NCBI GenBank assembly: GCA_051453625.1 | Contig: JBOZIK010000001.1 | Coordinates: 35,488,018-35,518,495 of the forward strand | Reading direction: 5' to 3' | From: Welwitschia mirabilis | Taxonomy: Eukaryota | DNA length: 30,478 bases | Shown here: positions 10,451 through 23,500 of the stretch, in pieces | Numbering within the stretch: position 1 is the stretch's first letter | Layout of the letters: each line of letters opens with the position of its first letter | Made by a program: the position numbers and the translations under genes | Notes under the pieces: generated by a model | What the model saw: only the letters and a program-made list of their open reading frames with translations | What the model was told of the DNA's origin: nothing | The model's database searches: none

Positions 10451-13149
10451 CATGCAGTTTGAGTTTGCTTCCTTTTGTTGAAACAACACCTGCAAGTTTA
10501 GCTAATAACGATTGTCATGATACGGCATATTATTTAATCATTTTAGCATATATTTTAATGGCCAACATATGCAAGGCTAAAACTAGTGTAATATTTTGAG
10601 AAGATTAAATTAAAAGCATTCATCTAATGTTTGTGTCCTTAATGACATCAAGTCAAGATGAGTTGTAACAAAAACTGATCCACACAAAAACAAACTATGA
10701 TAGTAGCGGAATAACAAACAGGCCTCAATGGCCTAAAATAGAAATAAACTAATAAAAAACATACATCATTGAGGGTCATTCTTCTATGAGCAAGAAGGCC
10801 CTAGTAAAGGATTGAGTAGGTTACACAGGATTTCTTCATCATCATCATCAGGCAATAAATAGTTTAACATAATCATTTTACTATAATAATGGTTTAACAA
10901 AGTGATAATATATTTCAGGGAATTTTCAAAGTATTCGCTAGACACCCGAAGACTATGATAAAAGGCGTAGAGATATTCCTTGGCAACCACCAACTATTCT
11001 AGAGAACAATTTAGGACCTGTTTTAAGTGGGTAATGTAATCATTCTTCTATGCAAATGCAGAGATAATCACTTCTATTTGAGCTTACTTACTCCGAAGAG
11101 ATTGGTTCTCCAAATGCATGGAGCCTAATTTTACCTGTAATAAGCACTATTAGGAACAAAATGCCATATCANNNNNNNNNNNNNNNNNNNNNNNNNNNNN
11201 NNNNNNNNNNNNNNNNNNNNNNNNNNNNNNNNNNNNNNNNNNNNNNNNNNNNNNNNNNNNNNNNNNNNNNNGAAGAGATTGGTTCTCCAAATGCATGGAG
11301 CCTAATTTTACCTGTAATAAGCACTATTAGGAACAAAATGCCATATCAAACATTTCATAGTAGAGAAAGAGCCAAATGATCATTGTGAGATACCTCCAAC
11401 ATCTAAAGACAAACTTTGAAAGATTCCAATTGGCACATCTTGCGATGCGCCATGTAGTCTGCTACTTCCAAGTCATTAACAATGAATTTAAATTTCCGGC
11501 AAATAGATCTTCATAAAGGATCTACTAGATGAAAAGCTATAAATCCCCTAGAATGAGCAAGCTGGAAATCCTATTCAAAATTGCATCCCTGATACTCATG
11601 ACAGATAAAGGCATCACCACAGCAAGAATGTTTGGTCACCTGCTAAACAATAAGACCCTTCAGTTATTAAGCTTGATTAATCTAGACTATCATAGCATAG
11701 ATCTTTGGCATCAAGTCAACAATAATTCTAGAAAAAATCCTAGCAATATTTTGAGTAGATGATGAAACCTATGTAGATGATGCTAAAGGAGGAGGATGAG
11801 AAGTTGCAAACAAGATACAGGGTTGCACTTGGACATTGTAGCAAAGTTTCTTAAACCCAAAGAAAGTGTTGTAGAAAAATCCATGACCTATATAAATGGG
11901 TCATCATTGGTCATTCCACCAGAATAATCCTCTTTGAACTTAGACATCAAAGGAGTTAATAATCCCGTTAATGAAGACAAGCTAACAGGATCACGTACTA
12001 TCACATGAGAATGAATACTTTTGTATTCATCTAGACTTAACTTTTCCTTCTCCTAAACCAAGGTTGAAGAAGAAAGTTAAATATCTTCCTATAACTGGGT
12101 TTCAGATGAATCTTATCAAGTATTGAAATTAGCATCAAATAGAAATAAGAAAATAACAATTAAAGAATTCATATCCTAACATGATGCTTGTGACAATGAG
12201 GGATCACCAAACGAGAGCATTCCTTTTCTTCCTTTGTATTGTTGAAAGTAGTAATAGGAGCAAAAGTTAATAGTTGAAGGGCTTTTCCTTTTCCCTTAAA
12301 ATGAGAGGTCTTTGAAGAAGTTTCTTCATAAATTTCCATCTACAACATCATAGAGAAAGAGGATAATGAACAAGCAATAGTAAGTACCCATTTAAAAGGT
12401 AAGAAGATAAATTACCTGATTAGAATATACCCCACTTATTAAATAATAATACATGTCAGTTTCTTCATTAAAAGAGAGATGACAACCATAAGGATCAATT
12501 TTAGGAAGGGATTCCAAAGGCATGACAATGGGAGAAGGGAGATTAATTTGTTTCATATTCTCAAAATGATTCCCACCACAAAAAGAAAAATAAAGAGAAA
12601 GAATAATGTTTTCACAACTTAAAATCTAGAATGTAAATTTTACTTCATTCTAGTCAAGTGCAAAATAAGTTTTGAGTAAATACTATAAAGAAAACCTCAT
12701 GATCTTGAATGATAGATAGAAGATAGATAGCATACTATGGAGTTTGTGAGGCATGAGAATAAACAAAACCTATTCTTGTAATAAGAAGTTCTAAGCAGTA
12801 TACTATAAGACTGCAATTACATTTATAAGGATGCCATTGGTCGTTAATAAAATTAAAAAAAGTAGTTTGAAAGAAATTCAATAACTCATAACTCAAAAAT
12901 ATCACAAGTTTAAGAAAGATATCAAAAAGGTCAAAAATACACTTTATGGCTTCAGAAATTATGGAAATCGCACCACATCTAGGATGCTAGAAGGTATGAT
13001 AGCATGATCATAAGAAGCACAAATGGAATCTAAAATAAGAGAGACCTTAGAGGAATGAATATTGAAATATGGGAAGAAGAGGAGATCAAATATTGAAACT
13101 AAGTACCCACTCAAATTTAGACTTTAGTTACTAGGTCATATACGTTTTC

Positions 13150-14807
13150 ATTAGCAAATCTAAGGTTACTTTTTAATCATATAATACAAGTGATTAGTGT
13201 AGTACAGTGACCAGATTTAAAGCTAAGTTTTCACTTAGCTATCATTCTTTCTTAGGGATAACATGGGTTTAGGTTCATAATTGCACTAACTTAAATCTTA
13301 ATGCAAGTTGTAAAAGTAATAAATAAAGGAAAATGGTGAAGTTTAAAATAGAGTTAAAATTCATCTTAGAGGGGAGGAAAGCAAGCTAGCTCTAAGTATT
13401 GCCAATTTGCCCTAAGTAATCTTTCACTTTAATGTTGTTCAATTACCTTTCTGCAAAATAATAAAAACTATCAAGTACTTTTGATTCAATTCATAAGGCA
13501 TAATCTCATCCACCATGTGATGAATGGTGAATCCAACTAACAATTTAGTCTTAAATAATAATAGAAAGTAAGGACTCATAAAGTAATTAAACTCTATGAA
13601 ATTAAAAGATTAAGTGATAAAAAGGAATTCACACAATTAGAATAAACTTAATAGTTAAAGAAATTACCTAAGAATTTCAATTATAATTTTACTCATGAAT
13701 TGAAATCAAAGAAAAATATCTTTCACATTATAGAAAAGAACAACTATATAGCAAAGGAAAAAATAAGTAGGAAGAACTCCTCAGCAATCCTAGAATACTA
13801 GCTCTCTTCCTCAAAAAGTCACCTAGAAATCCATCACAAGTTGATGCTCCAAAGTGCCATAATTCTTTAAGATAAAGATAAATACAATGAAGGATTCAAG
13901 ACCCTTTTATAGGGAGAGATGAGGGTAAGGATTGGTTACGAGCTCTTGGCTTGTAGCGTTAGATAAAATCTTCATTATTTAGCATTAGGTAGACAATATT
14001 AAATCTTATAATATTTGATGGAGATTGTTTTATAGCATTAAATAGATAAAATTTTGTCCTCTAGCATTAGGTAGAATTTTTATCATTTAGCATTTGGTAG
14101 GATGATTTGTCTTCTCTTTTATTTAGCAAAGATGCTTATGATGATGCCATTACTTGGCTTTGGAGTGCTATAGCTATTGCCAACTGCTAACTATGCCATG
14201 TGTCTTCACTGTCATTCTAATCAGCCCTGCCAAATATCACTCTACAAATCCTTGTGATCTCTATCATGTGTTGATAAGAATGCAGTTATTTTATGATGTG
14301 GATGTTGATTAAGTGTATGACTACATTCTATCTAATGTTCCACACATATCAAGAATGTTAGTTTGAAGGTGTTTTGAACTTATACACTAGTGGTGTAGGT
14401 AGTTCTAGATAGTGGTGCTGACATCTTAAGCAGATTGATGATAAAATTAAGGCATGTCCTTCAATTAAGCATAATACACCTAGAAATGTTATGGAAAATA
14501 GTTAAGTTCATAATTAATGTGAAAACCAATAGAAGGTATNNNNNNNNNNNNNNNNNNNNNNNNNNNNNNNNNNNNNNNNNNNNNNNNNNNNNNNNNNNNN
14601 NNNNNNNNNNNNNNNNNNNNNNNNNNNNNNNNNNNNNNNAATTAAGCATAATACACCTAGAAATGTTATGGAAAATAGTTAAGTTCATAATTAATGTGAA
14701 AACCAATAGAAGGTATTTTTTATGATAAAATCAATGATATTAATTCCTTCTATTAAAATTAATTAGTCTTGTAACTTAATCAAAATATCAATTTTTATAT
14801 GTTAACA
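13150..14807 (-). mobile_element. Probable 3' LTR of an Athila-like element (left boundary approximate)
   Basis: The minus strand reads ...CACTAGCAAAACACTAGTTAGAAGGTG|TGTTAAC... at 14830-14801, a decayed Athila-type PPT followed by a TG start. Minus-strand TATAAAA at 13911-13905, with short tandem motifs upstream of it. Located 3' of the integrase. Confidence 0.45.
13954..14102. repeat. About 5 degenerate copies of TAGCATTAGGTAGA
   Basis: Copies near 13954, 13980, 14033, 14062 and 14088, with roughly 26-53 bp spacing. Confidence 0.7.
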
Positions 14808-16114
14808 CACCTTCTAACTAGTGTTTTGCTAGTGCCTTAACAAAAAGATGATAACACAATGGTTAAACGTGGAAAAATTCTCAAAGTTAAATATGCTTAA
14901 GCATGAGAAAGATATAACTTCAAAAATTTTGTAACTAATTTAAGAAATTGAGGCATCAAAATGAAAATTTTGGCATTAAAAATTGGATGTCATACCTGCT
15001 AATCAAAACTTGATATTGTCCTTAAAAATTTATAGTGAAAAAATTAAGTTATTTGAGAACAAAGGTGTAGATAAATTATAAAGAGTTCTTTTATTAAAAA
15101 CAATGTAAATTAAGTTAAGGAAAAGGAAAATCTATTTACAACCAAACCTGTGCTAAGCGAAAAATATATCCATAAAAATAGTTAATGCCTTAGAAGTTAT
15201 TTCTCATGAAAATGGTATGAAGTAGAATGTAGTAAAGTGATGCAGAATAAATGAGATGAAAAATGCATCAACTAGTAAAACTAAAAACCAATGAATAAAG
15301 GAGTGGATTATTCTAATTTATTAGCTCTTTATTTTATTTTGGTATTTTTAGTGGATCATGATATCAACCAAGTAAAGTTTTAACCAAGTAGCTTATATGA
15401 ATTTAAGAAATTGATGTAAAATTAAGTATGAAAGTTAAGAGACAATGGTTCACATAAAGCCTCCAATTTTCATTTTTTCATTCCTCTATTTTCTATATCT
15501 ACCCTTTCATATGTCCTCAATATTATGCCTTTGAATCACATTGAGCATCCAGTGTTATGACATTTTTTGTCAACATAGTTAAGCATGTTGTATTTGTAAA
15601 AATCAACGCTGCATTACTAGTGAGTGTTTATAACCCCAATGCAGTTGAACATATTGCAATTAGATCATTAGAGCTGCATTTCTTTTAGGCATCCATAGCC
15701 CCAATGTAGTTAACTAAACCTTGCTAAGTTATATATGTCATGTGCTTTTGGAGAAGAGATATTTTCTTTCTTTTTTTCATCTTTCCATAGTTATTTTTAT
15801 GTAGTTTAGGGGGTCATTGGCTTATTAGCCTAGTCAAGACAAATCTTATTCCCATTAAAGTCTTTTTACTTAAAGAGCACATGCAAAGGTAAATCCTACA
15901 TTTTAACCAAGTTTTACTAAAATTAGAGACCCTAAGAGAATGCATTCTTAACCAACCTACTTGAAATAAGCATATTTTTCCTTCAAAATCCATTAGTAAA
16001 GTTGATCTTAATCCTTATTTGGGTGATAACATAATTTCTTATTATTGAATTTTGCTTTAAGAACCTTTAAATTAGATCAATAAGCTTTACATATTCATAA
16101 GTTACTAGAGTAAA

Positions 16115-17371
16115 CAGACGATAATGTTTTAGGTGGTTTCCATTGACTTGAAAGAGTTGATTATTTTTTGGATTTTTAATGAGAAATACTTCATGTGGAA
16201 AAACCTTTTTTTATTAAGAAGGATCCTTTCCACTTAACTACTAGTTTTCTTTGAAAAAGATGTAAGCATGAGTTATACAGTAAAGCTAGTTCTCTCTCCT
16301 AAAATATTTTTTCAACTATATGTTGATCATGGAACTTCTTCATCCTATTCTTATTTATTCTCATATTTTCATAGGCATCATTTCTAATCTCGTCTAGTTC
16401 ATTGAGTTGTATGACCCTATTTTCCTTTGTAACCTCTAAGTCTAAATTCATATTCTTGATTTCTTAGGAAGCCCTATATTAAAGTTTCATAGGTAAGTAA
16501 CCTGCTTTATCATAGATTAATTGTAAAGTTGGCATCCCTAAGGGCATTTTATAAGTGGTTTAGTATGCTCATAAGATATTGTTAAGTTTGAAAGACTAGT
16601 CATTTTGTATTGAGTTTACTATTTTTAAAGGATTTTCTTAAGTTTATTATTCATAATCTCAACATAACAACTTATTTGTAGATGGTAAGGTGTTATGACT
16701 TTATGTGTAACCTCATATTTAGTGAGAAGGTTATTGAATATTTTATTATAAAAGTGTGTCCCTTCATTGCTAATTAAAACATATGAAAAACCAAAATGAG
16801 TTAAGAATTTTCTTTGAAGAATTTAACCATCATTTTAGCATCACCCATTTGATGATGGATAAGGGCCTTAAAAGTTAATTCCATATATGTCAAAGGATTT
16901 AACAGTAAGAATGGGGTTTAAAGGCATCATTTATCTTCATGAAAGACTTCCTACCTTTTGACAGTTATCATAAGATTTGTAATAAAGATAGGAGTCTTTA
17001 AAAATAGATAATCAATGAAATAATTAAATTAGAGGATTTTTTTTATGGTTGTGTTAACTAAGTAGTAATCCCAATAAGCCTCAGAATGGCAATGTTTAGG
17101 TATGTCATGAATGTCAGTTTGAAGGATACATTTGTAGATGACTTGATCTAGATAGTATTTGAAAAGGTATGGACTATCCAAAAAAAATTATTTGACTTGG
17201 CTCAGTAATTGCTTTTTATCATTGATGATCTAGTGATAAGGAATAGTTTTGAAGACTAAGTAATTGGTGATACTGATATCTATAAACCAAGGTGCTTCTT
17301 TGATTGAAAAGACATGTTTGTCTTGGAAAGTATCATCAATGGATAAAGATGTTTATAGATTATCTGGGAAT
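16115..17371 (-). pseudogene. Athila-like Ty3/gypsy integrase pseudogene (segment A), cut by an N-gap
   Basis: Minus-strand translation: PWF.DI..NYLV; LLTKYEVTHKVITPYHLQ...; L*AY*TTYKMPLG; QLNELDEIRNDAYEN; LLYNS.L.LF..KL..KWKGSF; FQVNGNHLKHY. Confidence 0.88.
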
Positions 17372-17471
17372 NNNNNNNNNNNNNNNNNNNNNNNNNNNNN
17401 NNNNNNNNNNNNNNNNNNNNNNNNNNNNNNNNNNNNNNNNNNNNNNNNNNNNNNNNNNNNNNNNNNNNNNN

Positions 17472-17625
17472 AAGTAATAATTGTGTTTTCTAATTATTTA
17501 AATCTTATAATGTATTAATAGAGTCTAATTAGGATTTAATCCTAGGTTCCGTTGTGCATGATAGTTAATAATGAATACAAAAAAAAATTATAGTTAATTA
17601 GGGTAATTAAAGTTGGGGTGTTACA
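17472..17625. mobile_element. Terminus of another LTR (Tekay/Del-like) abutting integrase copy B
   Basis: Ends GGGGTGTTACA (minus strand TGTAACACCCC) exactly where integrase homology resumes at 17626. Confidence 0.55.
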
Positions 17626-20484
17626 TAAGGTATTGTGACTTTATGTGTAACCTCATATTTAGTGAGAAGTTTATTGAATATTTTATTATAAAAGTGTGTC
17701 CCTTAACTACTAATTAAAACATATGAACAACCAAAATGAGTTAAGAATTTTCTTTGAAGAATTTAATCATCATTTTAGCATCATCCATTTGATGATGGAT
17801 AAGGTCCTTAAAAGTTAGTTCCTTATATGTCGAAGGATTTAATAGTAAGAATGGGATTTAAAGGCATCATTTATCTTCATGAAAGACTTCCTACCTTTTG
17901 AAAGTTGTCACAAGATTTGTAATAAATATAGGAGTCTTTAAAAATAGATAATCAATAAAGGAATTATACTAGAGGATTTTTGTTGTGGTTGTGTCAACTA
18001 AGTAGTGATCCCCATAAGCCTTAGATTGGCAATGTTTAGGTATGTCATGAATGTCAATTTGAAGGATACATTTGTAAATGACTTGATCTAGATAGTATTT
18101 GAAAAGGTATGAACTATTCTAAAAAAAAAATTTGACTTGGCTCAGGAACTACTTTTTATCATCGATGGTCTAGTGGAAAGGAATAGTTTTGTAGACTAAG
18201 TAATTAGTGATATTGATATCTACAAACCAAGGTGCTTCTTTGATTGAAAAGACATGTTTGGCTAGAAAAGTGTCATCAATGGATAAAGATGTTTACAGAT
18301 TATCTAGGAATATAGAGGAAAAATGATCTATGATGATATTATCAAAGCCTTTTTTAATCTTAATCTCTAAATTAAATTATTAAAGGAGGAAGATCCATCT
18401 GATTAGTCAGGGTTTTGAATCCTTTTTAACAAAAAGATATTTAAGGGCTGAGTGATCAATGTAAATAACTATCTTAGATCCTAAAAGGTATTGCCTAATT
18501 TTTTCAAGGACAAAGACAATGGCTAGAAGCTCTATCTCTCTAATGGTGTAATTGATTTGATGTCATTTAAAGTTTTACTAGCATAGTGAATCACAATTGG
18601 ATTTTGATTGATTCTTAGTCTTAATACAACTCTTACTACAAAGTCGCTTGCATCATACATAAGCTTAAAAGATAATTTTCAATTAGATGATAAGATAATG
18701 TGTGTAGAAGTTAGTTTTTCTTTCAATTATTCAAATAAATTTTGACACTCTTGAGTCCAATAAAAAGAGGCATCCTTTCTTAAAATATCAAATAAATCCT
18801 TAAGAGATTTTACTAAAATCCTTGATGAATCTCCTATAATATCCTATATGCCTTAAGAACAATCTAATATCTACAAGTTTTTGAGGGGTTAGCAGGTGTG
18901 TAATTAAGAAGATCTTACCCAGATATACCCAAATTTCTTTCTTAGAGATGACATTTCTTAAAACTATACCTTATTAACCATAAAATGGAATTTTTCCAAA
19001 TTAAATACAAGGTGTTTTTCAATATGTCTATCAAGGACACATTCTAAGTTGTTTAAACAGTGGTTAAATAAGATTCCATAGATTGAGAAGTTATCCATGA
19101 AGTCTTTGACACCTAAATCTAATAAGTCAGAGAATATTCTGATCATGTAATATTGGAAGGTGGTAGGTGCATTACATAGGCCAAAGAGAATTTGTTTTAA
19201 GCAAACATTCCATAGAGGCAAGTAAAGGTGTCTTTGTCCTAAACTTTAGGAGCAATTTCAATCTGATTATAACCTAAATATCCATCTAGGAAATAGTAAA
19301 CAAGTGTCCTATAAGTTATTCTAAAATTTGATCTAGATAAGGAGGAGAAAAATTATCCTTTCTAGACATAGCATTTAATTTTTTTCTAATCAATACACTT
19401 CCTTCATTTTACAAAAGACCTAGTAGGGATAAATTCATTATGCTCATTAGGGACAAGGGTAATTCCTAATTTCTTCATTGTGACTTGAGTTGGACTTATG
19501 CACTTGCTATCTAAAATAGGGTAAATAATCCCATTATCAAGAAGTTTAATTATCTCATTTTTGACTAATTCCCTTAAAACTAGATTTATCCTTCATTATG
19601 CTTTAATGGATGGCTTAGTATTTTTCTTCAAATCGATATGGAACATGCAAATATTAGGGTCAATACCTCTAATTTTGGAAATGAACCATCATATTGCCTA
19701 TTTATTCTTCATTAAGAGTTAAAGCAATTGATCTTCTTAGGATGGGGTTAAGAAAGAATTTATGACCCCTAGGAAGGTGGAATCATCCCCTAATAAAGTG
19801 TATTTTATATCATTAAGTAAGGGTTTAACTTCTAAATCAACTTCATTTTGAGCTATGAGGCACATTCCTTGAAATAAACTTAATTCATCATCTTTAAGAA
19901 AATGAGAAGTAAATTCAGATCCTTAAAAAGGCTTTCTATCTTATCTACATACTATATTCCTTTGTTATTTAATGATAACTTCATGGCATTAAAGATGTTT
20001 AGCCCTATGGTTATGTTACCAAAGAAAATTATCATTAATCCATTCTTGCAATTGATTTAGGCATTTGAGGTTGCTAAAAATAGTTTAAAGAAACTATTTT
20101 ATTAGATGAATTATCCATGTCTAAGACCATAAAATCTATAAGAAAATAGCAACTATTAACTCTAATTGTGACATTCTCAATGGCTCCTTATGGTGTTTTA
20201 ATAGAGTTGTCAACTAATTGGAGTTTAAGTTTCATGTTCTTAAGTCCTTTCAAACCTAATTCCTTATACACTTTGTAGGGAAGCAAGTTTACACTAGCTT
20301 CTAAATCCAATAAGGCTTTGTTGAGTTGTTTGTTGCCTATAGTAATAGTAATTGTGGGACATCGAGGGTTTTTATACTTCAATGAAAATTAATTTTGGAG
20401 ATTTGCACTTCTTCATTGAGCTAAAAAGTCTTTAGACTTAAAATTTATTTGCCTTTTTACAGTGCATAAGTCTTTAAGGAATAG
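17626..20484 (-). pseudogene. Athila-like pol pseudogene, segment B (protease - RT - RNase H - 5' part of integrase)
   Basis: ORF 20188..20382 ALLDLEASVNLLPY (protease); ORF 18964..19221 FGLCNAPTTFQ...FMDNF (RT); DAS...IHYASK (RNase H); integrase sequence matching 16686..17371 at offset 940. PR-RT-RH-INT order is gypsy-type. Confidence 0.9.
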
Positions 20485-20584
20485 NNNNNNNNNNNNNNNN
20501 NNNNNNNNNNNNNNNNNNNNNNNNNNNNNNNNNNNNNNNNNNNNNNNNNNNNNNNNNNNNNNNNNNNNNNNNNNNNNNNNNNNN

Positions 20585-23500
20585 AAAAGATATTTAAGGG
20601 CTGAGTGATCAATGTAAATAACTATCTTAGATCCTAAAATGTATTGCCTAATTTTTTCAAGAACAAAGACAATGGCTAGAAGCTCTTTCTCTCTAATGGT
20701 GTAATTGATTTGAGTGTCATTTAAAGTTTTACTAGCGTAGTGAATTACAATTGGATTTTGATTGATTCTTAGTCCTAATACAACTCCTAGTATAAAGTCA
20801 CTTGCATCATACATAAGCTTAAAAGGTAATTTTCAATTAGATGATTAGATAATGGGTGTAGAAGTTAGTTTTTATTTCAATTGTTCAAATAAATTTTGAC
20901 ACTCTCAAGTCCAATAAAAAGAGGCATCCTTTCTTAAAATATCAGATAAAGCCTTAGAGATTTTACTAAAATCCTTGATGAATCTCCTATAATATCCTAC
21001 ATGCCTTAAGAACAGTTTAATATCTACAAGTTTCTGAGGGGTTAACAAGTGTGTAATTAAGAAGATCTTACTTAAATCTACACGAATTCCTTTCTTAGAG
21101 AGACATTTCTTAAAACTATACCTTATTAACCATAAAATGGCATTTTTCCCAATTGAACACAAGGTGTTTTTCAATATGTTTATCAAGGACACATTCTAAG
21201 TTGTTCAAATAGTGGTTAAATAAGATTCCATATATTGAGAAGTCATCCATGAAGTCTTTGATACCCAAATCTAATAAGTCAGAGAATATTCTAATCATGT
21301 AATATTGGAAGGTGGTAGGTGCATTACACAGGCCAAAGAGCATTTGTTTTAAGAAAACTTTCCATAGAGGCAAGTAAAGGTGGCTTTGTCCTAAACTTTA
21401 GGAGCAATTTTAATCTAATTATAACCTAAATATCCATCTAGGAAATAGTAAAAAAGTATCCTCTGAGTTGTTCTAAAATTTGATCTAGATAAGGAGGAGA
21501 AAAATTATCCTTTCTAGACATAGCATTTAATTTTTTTCTAGTCAATATACTTACTCCATTTTATAAAAGACCTTGTAGGGATAAGCTCATTATGCTCATT
21601 AGGGACAAGGGTAATTCCTAATTTGTTCATTGTGACCTGAGTTGGACTTACCCACTTGCTATCTGAAATAGGATAAATAATCCCATTGTCAAGAAGTTTA
21701 ATTATCTCATTTTTGACTACTTCCCTTAAAGTTGGGTTTATCCTTCATTATGCTTCAATGGATGGCTTAGTATTTTCCTCCAAATAGATATGGAACATGC
21801 AAATATTAGGGTCAATACCTATAATGTTGAAAATGAATCATCATATTGCCTATTTATTTTTCATTAAGAGGTAAAGCAATTGATCTTCTTAGGATAGGGT
21901 TAAGAAAGAATTTATGACCCCTAGGAAGGTGGAATCATCCCCTAATAAAGTGTATTTCATATCATTAAGTAAGGGTTTAACTTTTAAATCAACTTCATTT
22001 TGAGCTATGAGGTACATTTCTTAAATAAATTTAATTCATCATCTTTAAAAAAATGAGAAGTAAATTTGGATCCTCAAAAAGGCTTTATATCCTATCTACA
22101 TACTATATTCCATTGTTATTTAATGATAACTTTATGGCATTAAAGATGTTTAGCCCTATTATTATGTTACCAAAGAAAATTATCCTTAATCCATTCTTGC
22201 AATTGATTTAGACATTTGAGGTTGCTAAAAATAGTTTAAAGGAACTATTTTATTAGATGAATTATCCATGTTCAAGACCATAAAATCTATAAGAAAATAG
22301 CAACTATTAACTCTAATTGTGACATTTGGGATGGCTCCTTATGATGTTTTAATAGAGTTGTCAACTAATTAGAGTTGGAATTTCATGTTCTTAAGTCCTT
22401 TCAATCCTAATTCCTTATACACTTTGTAGGGAAGTAAGTTTACACTAGATTCTAAATCCCATAAGGCTTGTTTAAGTTGTTTGTTTCCTATAGTAATAGT
22501 AATTGTGGGACATTGAGGGTTTTTATACTTTAATAAAAATTAATTTTGGAGAATTGCACTTGTTTATTGAGCTAAAAAGGCTTTAGACTTAAAATTTATT
22601 TGCCTTTTTACAGTGCATAAGTCTTTAAGGAATAGCATATGAGGGTTTCTATTTGAAGTCTTTTAGGAGGTTAATGTTTACCTTAACTTCCTTAAAACTT
22701 TCTAGAGTTTCTAAATGCTTTTTCATAATGTTATCCTTCCTAAGCCATTAAGGAAAGGGTAAGGGTTCTTTATAATTGGGAAATGGATTTTTACTCTTCT
22801 TCTTTTCCTTATTTTCTATAGGGTTTGATTTGTCTTTAGGATTATTTTATAGGGTAGGATTTTCTAGCTCTTTCCCACTCCTAAGATGTATAGACTAGTT
22901 TTTTCTAAATGTTCTACCACTTTCATAAACCTAACTCTTTTTGGATTTGGTTGCACAATCATGGGGAGTTTTCCTATTTCTCTTTTATTAATTGATGAAA
23001 GATGTATGTGGTATTTATTGGAGTTGATTTATGCTTTGTTCAACTCTTTGATTTCTTTATTCAAGTCTTTAATTTGTTTGGTTTATGCTCTGTTATGATC
23101 TTTGATTTATTTGGATTTCTATTTTCATGAATCTTTTGAGGGTTTCCTCCAATGATTTAAATGAAGTTATTTTATGGTTTAATTATGAAGAGTAAGAATT
23201 AGAAGATAAGGGAAACAAATTTTTCGGTTGGAAGTTTTATTATGGAATATTATCTTACTTCCAAAAGAAGTTTGGATGATTTCATCAACTAAGATTATAA
23301 GTGTTTAAGTATGAATTATTTTTGGGATTTTACCATTAATGGCCTATTACGTTAGGAATAGATGAGCATTCATTGGTTTTTTAAGTGTTAATATTGAAAA
23401 TTAAACATTTAAGATTAGCAACCATGGATAAGGTTTTTTATAAGTTGATATTGACATATAAAGCACTTGTTTTATAGCCTCTGAGAGAGAAATGTTAATC

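Noticed and set aside
11883..11904. Small hairpin ATGACCTA-TATAAA-TGGGTCAT
   Set aside because: An 8-bp imperfect stem is expected by chance in 30 kb; no precursor-length fold-back.
13954..14102. CRISPR-like repeat-spacer pattern
   Set aside because: Units are short, degenerate and irregularly spaced, in a plant LTR context with no cas genes.
8213..17625. TGTAATGATCCC (8213) and GGGGTGTTACA (17625) as two ends of one element
   Set aside because: The sequence preceding 17625 does not match the 3' part of the 8213-8739 LTR.
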